A stretch of DNA of 63,887 nt, counting the filler, from Kipferlia bialata (taxonomy: Eukaryota): the NCBI GenBank assembly GCA_003568945.1. It is 5 parts of 5 records of this genome, joined end to end, with 100 filler letters (N's around TTAATTAATTAA, not from the genome) between each part and the next. Parts side by side here need not be neighbours in the genome. Positions count along the whole stretch, not along the records: positions 45,655 to 60,761 come from BDIP01000744.1; positions 60,862 to 63,887 come from BDIP01000859.1; 3 more parts are not named here. The stretch is one strand, 5' to 3'. This document shows positions 55,701 to 63,887 of this stretch, in pieces. A program made the translations under genes and the position numbers. The notes beneath the pieces are model-generated. The model worked only from the letters and a program-made list of their open reading frames with translations, ran no database searches and was not told the DNA's origin. Each line of letters starts with the position of its first letter. Position 1 is the stretch's first letter.

Positions 55701-57889
55701 GGTGTCATACAGGTGGGTGGCATCCTAGGATGTTAGACACATATATGTGAATGTAGACAGACACCCATACATATATATATGAGTATGTATACTATATCAT
55801 GTATACATATATATTGATGTCATACAGGTGGGTGGTATCCTAGGGTATGAGAGAGAGAGAGAGAAAGAGAGAGGGAGAGAGAGACAGGGTGTCACACAGG
55901 TGGTATACTCATATGAATTTCAATAGACATCTACTCATACCTGTCCGTAATGTACCATGAACCTGGACATGGTCACAATCTGTCTGATGCACATGTCAAC
56001 ACCTAGAGAGTGAGTACTTGATAGGATGAATGTACTATTAGAAGAGTGTATTTGAGTATATACAATAATGTCCTGAAAGCCTATCTGTCTGATGCACATC
56101 ACCTAAGGAGTGAGTGATTGATGTATATGTGGTATGTGTGGTATATATATATATATATATTGGATATGGTCTATGTCACAATCTGTCTGATGCACATGTC
56201 AACGCCTGCACAGTTAGCAGTATGATATACATCTGAGAGAATATGAGTATATCATGGATATGCCCCTCTTGTCTATCTGGCTGATGCACATGCCCACGCC
56301 TAAAGAGTGAGTGATATAGTATATAGTATATATGTAGGATTAGTAGAGTGGTATTTGAGTAATCTGTCATAAAAGCCTCTCTGTCTGATGCACATGTCAA
56401 CACCTGAACAGTGAGTATTTGATAGAGTATATAGATAGGGTATATAAATAGTGTGTATAGAGATAGGGTATGTGTAAAGTGACATAGGAATAACTAGGAT
56501 ATGCCCCTATGTCTATCAGACATGTCCATACCTAAAGGGTGGGTACTTGACATCTAGAATCTTCAATAATGCATTCAGGCAATATCTAAAATTGTATATG
56601 CTGCCTCATATACATACGCTACCCACCTATCTGTGCCTCCAGGGCCGATGACTTGCCAGCTGACACGTGGAACTGTCTCTGGGCAAAGGACAGCAGCAGG
56701 CCTAGAGTAAGACATGTATATATATATGTGTGTATAGTATACTTGTATGATATACTATAGAGTGGAACTGTCTCTGGGCAAAGGACAGCAGCATGCCTAG
56801 AGTAAGACATGTATATATATATATGTGTATAGTATACTTGTATGATATACTATAGAGTGGAACTGCCTCTGGGCAAAGGACAGCAGCATGCCTAAGGAGT
56901 GAGAGAGACACCCATTCACACACACATGTGTAGAGTATACATATAGTATGCTATATAGATTGTGCCTCTGGGCAAAGGACAGCAGCATGCCTAGGGGGTA
57001 AGACATGCATATTAATATGTATATATACATATATATATATATATGTATAATATAGATTGTGCATAAGGTCAAAGGACAGCAGCATGCCTAAGGGGTTAGA
57101 TATATCTATAATATATCAATACATATATGCTTCATACATAGACGTCGGTACCTGCCAAGATACGTCTCATCTTCAAGCTGAATGCAGGTGACACAAATGC
57201 CGGTATGGCGGGGGATGATGCAGGCAGGAAGTGGGGGGGGGGGGAGAGGGCCTCAAGGGTCACGGGGGGGATCTTGTCTATTGTTAGAACCATAGCCAAT
57301 TACTACACGATACAGATTAAGAATATATATATATAGAGAGAGTGAAGTAGTAGCCCTCAAGGGTTACGGGGGGATCTTGTCTGGAGATTAAGTACACTAC
57401 GCGATACAATTATGGGTGTAAAACAGTAAGTAATAGTGGGCCTTTACGGTCACGTGGGGGGAAGTCTCGAGAAATGAAGTTAGACGGTACGTGTTAATAC
57501 AAATATAGTATATATCGTACCATACACATCATGGACTGGGGATGCACAGCCCAGCTATATACAATAGATGTATGAATGTATACATATAGTATATGTAAAT
57601 ACATACATAAAAGTGTACATACACCGTACCATATGCATCATGGACGGGTGATGCCTCTGGTATGCACAGACCATGGAATATACAATAGTGACTATTACAT
57701 ATACATAGCCAATGAGCATATATCTATCGACCATATATATATGTACGTATGTAATAATAACTTCTTCTTACCGTATGCGTCCTGAACTGGCGATGCCTCT
57801 GGTATGCACAGACCAGCTATGGACAGTCTAGAGAACATGGCCATTAAGGGTGGGTTGTCCTTGGTAACACCACTAATAGTTAGACAATT

Positions 57890-57933
<44 letters not shown>

Positions 57934-60712
57934 AAGAGTCTGCTGAACATGGCCATGAGAGGAGGGTTATCTTTAGTCACTCCACTAGAGTAAGGTACTT
58001 AGAGAAGAGGGAGAAAGAGACAGGCCAAAGTGAAGTGAAGTATTGTAACAAGGAAGTCTCTTACTTCTACTTACAAATAGTATGCAATGTGCACTATCTA
58101 TATTCCAGTCTTACCGCATCCTCCTCTCCACGCCTCCAGTACCACCATGTATATAGTATATAGTATATAATGTAGAGTACATAGTGTACGTACATAATAG
58201 TGTTAGTATATACACTACACTTACCGCATCCTCCTCTCCACGAGCAGCACCATCTTCATGGGCTGGTGGAAGATCCTGGGGGGTTAGAGGGGAGAGAGAG
58301 AGAGAGAGTGAGTAAGAGAGAGTATCAGTAGGTGGACGATCCTGGGAGGTGAGAGGGAAATGTGAGACCAAAAGAAACTAGAGAGGAATCGTAGCTTCTA
58401 CTCCCAACTAGAAGTGCTAAGAATGACATGAAAGTATGGTGCAATGTACATATAAAACCACTGACCTGTATCCGGGCGACCTGTCCTGTATCTGGTGCCA
58501 CATAATGAACATATATATATACATACACACATATATATATTGATACATCAATATGTATATAGTATATGTATATATACAGTGTAATACCTGTCTCCTGGTG
58601 ACCTGTCCTGTATCTGGAGCCACGTCACAACAGCCACACTGGGGGTAAGAAGGTCACACACACATCCCTACAATATATACATATATATACATTTATACAT
58701 GGTAGAAACACTTGGGGTTAGAGGAAGACTACGTATATCTTTAGTACAGATAGTGTCGATTGGGTGCTACCAGTAGTGTAATACACGATACATAGTGAGT
58801 GTATAATACATGCAGAGAGAGAGAGAGAGATATCTCACCGGTTGGGTGCTGCCTGGTGGTGGAGGCCAAAGACAGGCTGGTGGCCAGACTGAGGGGTTAG
58901 CTAGGTGTACATCAGTACCCAATATGAAGGGTATATATATATGAGTGAATACCCACCTGTACCAGAGTGTTGACCAAGTGGCACAGTGTGTCTGTGTTGT
59001 TGGGACATGACACTAGCACACTGGCAGTCTTCTTGCCACTCTGCACAAGAGTGTTGACAGTGCTACGGAGATTGACCTAGGGGATCAGAAGGTATGTAGG
59101 AGAGAAGAGGCAACACGTAGGCGATAGACATACAGACCAAGTGGATCTATACCTGGTCTCTGGGTATCTTGAGTGCCTGGGCTGTGGTCTCAGTCTCGGC
59201 CTGTAGTATTAGAGTGCATACTGATATACATAAGTATTGTATATATACTATTTATACTAAACACATTGGTGCCTGTGCTGTGGTCTCAGTCTCGGCCTGG
59301 GGTATGAGGGTACATGCATATATACATGGTATATACATATATATAGCATACATTGATACAGTGTATATAGTGTATATACATTGGTGCCTGTGCTGTGGTC
59401 TCAGTCTCGGCCTGGGGTGTTAGAAATAATTAACAAGAATATACAATACAGTTACGCCTCGGGGTAGGTGTAGATACGGCAAGAGTGCACCATACTACTA
59501 TACTCGTATACTACCCGCTACCTTGTGTGCTAGGTGTAGTTCCTTGGCTGTCTCCCAGCCAGATGATACGGAGAGAGCACGGCACCAGGCACCTAGCTAG
59601 AGGGTGAGATATATATATATACTTTAATATGTATATATATACATTCCATAGAGAGACATATCCCATACCGATATGAGTGTCTGGGATGGGTTCATACCGA
59701 GTAGCATATACATACTAGTATAAATACTATTATACATATATCCATATATATATATATGTAAATACATATATATATATCGTACCGATATGAGTGTCTGGGA
59801 TGGGTTCATACAGGCCAGGGCACCAATGTGCAGGTAGACAGTCCTGGGGGTGAGAAATACTATAATACACTTAAATAGACATAAACTGGGGCATTACTCA
59901 AAGAATGTATAAACACTATAAGCAATAATAGTGTATTATGGCACTTACTCCGATGTGCAGATAGACAGTCCTGGGGGTAAGTATAGACGTGCATATATAC
60001 ACATATAGCCATATAGATATATAACTATTAGTCTCAGAGGAGGAGAACAAGTCAGTGCTGCGGCTCAATTGTAGACTGAGAGAGACTACAGGCTTACTCA
60101 TAAATATAGTATAATGATCATAAGACTCACTTGTCGTTGACTTGTCTGCCGATGCAGTCTGGGAAGTGTAAATACATATAACTAATAATCCTTAATACTC
60201 CTTAATTAGTACATATATACATATAATACCCATTAGTATACACTATACATGCTATATATACTACACTCACTTGTCGTTGACTTGTCTGCCAATGCAATCT
60301 GGGAAGTGCAGCTTCTTCTTGACAGTCCGGCCAGCCAGGCAGAGGTCTCTCTTGGGAGAGGAGCCAAGGAGGGAAGAAAGGAGGGAAGATCCTAGTGTGA
60401 GTGGTGAACATATACAGACTACACGTCTAGAGGTCTCTCTTGGGAGAGGGACCTAGCAGAGAGGACAGAAGGGAGGAGCCTGAATTTAGATATACGTATA
60501 GAATATGTATATGTAGATGCATGAAAGAGAGGGAAGACATAGCTAGAAGCCGTGTGCTAGGGGCAGATGAGTGGTGATAGTGCTATGGTGGTTGTAACAT
60601 GTATTAATAGGGTTTCCGTCTATATTAATGTACCTGCATCCAGGTCTGTGGCCAGCAGGATGGCATTGCCAAAGGCATCATCGGTGGTCACCATGCCCTG
60701 AAGTCAGTATAC

Positions 60713-60761
<49 letters not shown>
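46190..60761 (-). CDS. Large hypothetical protein of >30 small exons, 5'-truncated
   Basis: A series of minus-strand GT-AG exons runs from GMVTTDDAFGNAILLATDLDA (~60634-60698) through TVYLHIGALACMNPSQTLIS, GVDMCIRQIVTMSRFMVHYGQ, VEYVNFRIALYYPDATAMR and VKASMEGFRLSADKRTPIVSSFLIPE to VGADYWVSAGAYFNVL* (stop 46190). No family recognised; may be more than one gene. Confidence 0.65.
53824..54580 (-). repeat. Intronic tandem array of exon-end plus donor copies (7 units including the real exon end at ~54544)
   Basis: Plus-strand acctgagctgaacctgtcctgcca(t/c)gt at ~53824, 53946, 54048, 54190, 54307, 54430 and 54542. Confidence 0.9.
56665..57095 (-). repeat. Intronic tandem array of acceptor plus exon-start copies (5 units, ~95 bp period)
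   Basis: caaaggacagcagcatgccta at ~56684, 56779, 56874, 56973 and 57070. Confidence 0.9.
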
Positions 60762-60861
60762 NNNNNNNNNNNNNNNNNNNNNNNNNNNNNNNNNNNNNNN
60801 NNNNNTTAATTAATTAANNNNNNNNNNNNNNNNNNNNNNNNNNNNNNNNNNNNNNNNNNNN
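60762..60861. other. Artificial contig linker N44-TTAATTAATTAA-N44
   Basis: Same spacer as at 15123. Confidence 0.98.
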
Positions 60862-60920
60862 TCATCATCACAAGTCGCACATAGATATTCTCTCTCTCCC
60901 CCCCCCCTTCTGACCCACAG

Positions 60921-61409
60921 GACGTGGACGAGCAGGGTGCCCCCATGTACACCGTGCTGGACTCCTCGGTCTTTGAGGTGTGTCTGGAGACACAGGGCAG
61001 GGGGGGGATGTGGACCCCCCTCTCCCTGCCTGGGTGTGATGCAGAGACCGGTGTCTGTGCCCAGACCATGTCCCTGGACCTGGTCACCCCCTACGTGACA
61101 TCCCCCCTCGTGGCATCAGATGTCCCAGGCCACTACTCGGCCTCCATTGACATCCCCGACAAGTACGCCGTGTTCAAGTACAACCTCGATATTGATGTGC
61201 CAGGTCTGTCCAGACTCAGGTGGCAGGAGCCAGTGGCGGTGCGCCCTGCCAAGCGGGACCACCTTCCTGCCCACCCCCTGGGCAGTGGGGTGCCCATTGT
61301 GTGCTATGCACTCACTGTGGCCCTGGCCTGTCTGGTGCCGGTGGTGGTGGTGTGTGCAAAGAGAGACACGGAGAGGGAGAAGGAGACCACTGACAAGAAG
61401 AATGACTGA
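60921..61409 (+). CDS. WBP1: Oligosaccharyltransferase 48 kDa subunit (OST48/Wbp1/DDOST), terminal exon
   Basis: Acceptor ctgacccacag at 60920, then YTVLD...WTP...LVTPYV...GHYSASIDIPDKYAVFKYNLD..PGLSRL...VAVRP, a single TM and a C-terminal KKND dilysine ER-retrieval motif, as in OST48 C-termini. Confidence 0.8.
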   Translation, partial: DVDEQGAPMYTVLDSSVFEVCLETQGRGGMWTPLSLPGCDAETGVCAQTMSLDLVTPYVTSPLVASDVPGHYSASIDIPDKYAVFKYNLDIDVPGLSRLRWQEPVAVRPAKRDHLPAHPLGSGVPIVCYALTVALACLVPVVVVCAKRDTEREKETTDKKND

Positions 61410-61530
61410 ATTGGTAGTACACACTGAATACATAGAATAGAGCATATTAGTTTAGACGGTATCCTCCTCTACTCATGGAGTATTTATGGCCTTCAGCAGT
61501 ATACCATTGGTCACACCACACTTCCACTCT

Positions 61531-63839
61531 CTAAGGGGGCGATGCTTCAGACGCAGCCTCCGACCTGCCCCCCCTGGCCAGCTGACTTAGTTGACTGGGC
61601 TTGGGGGCCTTGGCTCTCCGGCCTCTAGGGGTGGCACCTGCTGACACCACCCCCCGCACACGGCCTCTCTCTCTCTCTCTCTCCCTCCTTCGCTGTCTCT
61701 TCCTGGCACCCATCTCCCTCCTCACAGCCTCTAGCTCCTCACCACCCTCAAACAAGAGGGACAGAAGCTCATCCCGCTGGGTCTCCTTCTCAGGCTCGAC
61801 CTCGGGTGCTATGCGTCTGCCCCTGGCGTCTGTCTGCTGGGCCGCCATGACTATCCGCTGCACCCTGGCCTTCTGCTGGGCCTGGGGGTCAGGAGAGGGG
61901 GGGTATGTATACATAGAGCCACACTCATGAACACACACTGACATACACACCTTGTATAGGATGCGCTCATCCACTGTGTGGGGAGTGACCAGTCGGTATA
62001 CAGTGACAGGCCGGGTCTGGCCCAGACGGTGGCACCTGGGGGTGGAGGATAGGGTGGAACGGGGACATACGTATATATAGGACACTCACTGACTGTACCT
62101 CTATGTACACTCCCTACCTGTCCATGGCCTGTGCGTCCACTGTGGGGTTCCAGTCACTGTCGTAGAAGATGACGGTGTCTGCGGCAGTCAGGTTGATACC
62201 TAGTCCACCTGCCCTAGTGGACAGCAGGAACACAAAGACAGAGGGGTCTGTCATGTATGTGTCGACCAGGTCCCGCCTCTTGTCGATTGAGTAGCTGCCA
62301 TCGAACCGGATGAAGGAGTACCGTCTGAATGTCAGATACTGCTCCAGCACATCGAGCATCTTGGTCATCTGGGAGTAGATGAGCACACGGTGGCCCTCGC
62401 CCCTCAGTCTGAACAGAAGACGGTCCAGCGCTCCCAGCTTGCCTGCGTCTGCTATCATCTGGCCCGGCCTGGGTGCTGTGAGCATGGACACCGACCCAGG
62501 GTGCATCAGGAGGGTATGGGGGGGAGGCACACCTGGGGACACGCGGCGGAAGGGGGACGAAGACAGGTAGGGGGGCGCCACCAGCCTACTGGCCATGTGT
62601 GTGAGGCCACTCTGCCATGCGCTGGGGAGGGGGGGCTGGATGCAGGGGGGGGGACCCACGGCAGCAGGCGACACACACGACACACACCTGGCCCCCGTGC
62701 CTGTCTGGTTGACAAGACACAGCAGAGGGTCTACATCCCTAAGCAGAGGGGCGGACAGGGAAGAGGCGAGGGAGTGTCTGCTGGACAGACACAGAGAGGG
62801 CAGGGTGCCTCTGATGTATCCATTGTGCAGAGGGGTGGGGCTGGTACTGACTGTACACTCATCCCCCCCCATCTCCCCCACCAGCCACTGTACAGTGGAT
62901 GCCTCTGTCTCCACCCTGTGGTCATGGGCCATCAGATACTCCAGGGGGTGGGACACACAGGAGGGGGAGGCCAGCGAGGTCAAGGGGTGCGAAGGGGGGG
63001 CACTGCTAGGCAGGGAGAGAGAGATCAAGGCCAGAGACAGCATCTCTGAGACACTCAGCCCAAGCAGAGAGGCAACTGCACCCATATAGGCAGGGGACGT
63101 GCTAGGCACCCACAGACCCCCCAGCCTACATGTCAGCAGCGAGTCCCTGTCATACCCCTGTGCCACAGATGTGTCCCTAACCAGTGCAGGCATGCACACA
63201 GACAGGGCACCCTGCCTAGGCACAAGGTGGTGGGCCAGGCGCCGTGCCCTCCTCCCTGTCTGGGTGGAGTGTCGGTCGGTGGTCTCTCTCTTGCCCTCCG
63301 GCTCCGTCTCCTCCTCCTCTCTCTCCCTGTCTGCGTCGGTGATGTCCAGCCCAACCTTGGTCTCCAGACCCTCACCCTCCCCCTCTAGGCCAGACCCACT
63401 GCCAAGCCCCACCCTCCTAGGGCCTATGCCATACCCGAGGGGGAGGGGGTCCCAGGTGCCGTAGCTGGGCCGGAACAGACACACAGGTACAGTTGCCGAG
63501 GCTGCCTGGAAGAGGTGGGGGTGGTTGACCACCTTTCTGAATTGCATCAGCATGTTGAGCAGCCTGTCCCCGTCCTTGTCAGAGGAAGAGCCGCCAAACA
63601 GCACAGAGAAGCCAAGCTTCTGCTGAAGACCCTGGGGGTGAGAGGCATGATACACACTGTGTACATAGTACATACAACAAGAGTAACACGTGCACAATGA
63701 TAGAGTCGTAATCACCCACCTTGTAGAGCCGTGTCTGGAGTGCCGACAGGGGTGCCCTGACCATCACCTCCTGCTTCTGGCCCAGCTGGGTCTCCACCTC
63801 ACTCTTGACCCTTCTCAGCATGAAGGGCTGCAGGATGAC
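61531..63839 (-). CDS. INO80: INO80-type split Snf2 chromatin-remodelling ATPase, C-terminal half
   Basis: [23 protein letters not shown]...[18 protein letters not shown], then a long insertion, then [12 protein letters not shown]...[18 protein letters not shown]...[53 protein letters not shown]...[17 protein letters not shown]. [25 protein letters not shown] and HRLGQT favour INO80 over SWR1. Confidence 0.88.
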
Positions 63840-63887
63840 CTAGGGGGTGGGGGGGGGGGGGGGGCCCTGGAAATTTTTAAATGTAAT

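Noticed and set aside
53824..57095. CRISPR-like appearance of ~25-30 nt repeats with variable spacers
   Set aside because: The repeats are copies of adjacent eukaryotic exon edges, the spacers are long microsatellite-rich intron DNA, and there are no cas genes.
391..60456. Most ORFs in the supplied track (YIYI, SLSL, RERE, CVCV-rich)
   Set aside because: They are translations of (TA)n, (CT)n, (GA)n and (TG)n intron microsatellites or antisense shadows of real exons.
15123..60861. TTAATTAATTAA palindromes recurring every ~15.2 kb
   Set aside because: Artificial concatenation linkers between similar-sized contigs (15116, 15116 and 15107 bp); not biological.

Overview
This is eukaryotic, very intron-rich genomic DNA made of five unrelated contigs. 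They are joined by artificial 100-bp N44-TTAATTAATTAA-N44 linkers at 15123, 30339, 45555 and 60762, so there is no synteny across the linkers. Exons are tiny and GC-rich. Introns are short GT-AG introns full of (TA)n/(GA)n microsatellites and end in a fused branch-point/acceptor (YTNAC-CCCYAG). This suggests a fornicate metamonad such as Kipferlia bialata (inference only). The supplied ORF track is mostly noise, so I stitched genes by hand from exons. Recognisable genes are: a CDIN1/C15orf41-like TPD nuclease, a Ser/Thr kinase with an LRR-like tail, a SprT/Spartan metalloprotease, a calcineurin-like metallophosphoesterase, an SPFH/stomatin-like protein, a kelch protein, a large kelch/Cys-rich/ephrin-receptor-like membrane protein, OST48/Wbp1 and an INO80-type Snf2 ATPase. 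There are also several hypothetical genes. The most unusual feature is pervasive 'exon-edge stuttering': introns are built from tandem ~90-150 bp units, each carrying a copy of the neighbouring splice site plus 15-45 nt of exon. Acceptor-side copies lie upstream of the real exon and donor-side copies downstream, and one whole microexon is triplicated. Exon coordinates are approximate without RNA-seq.
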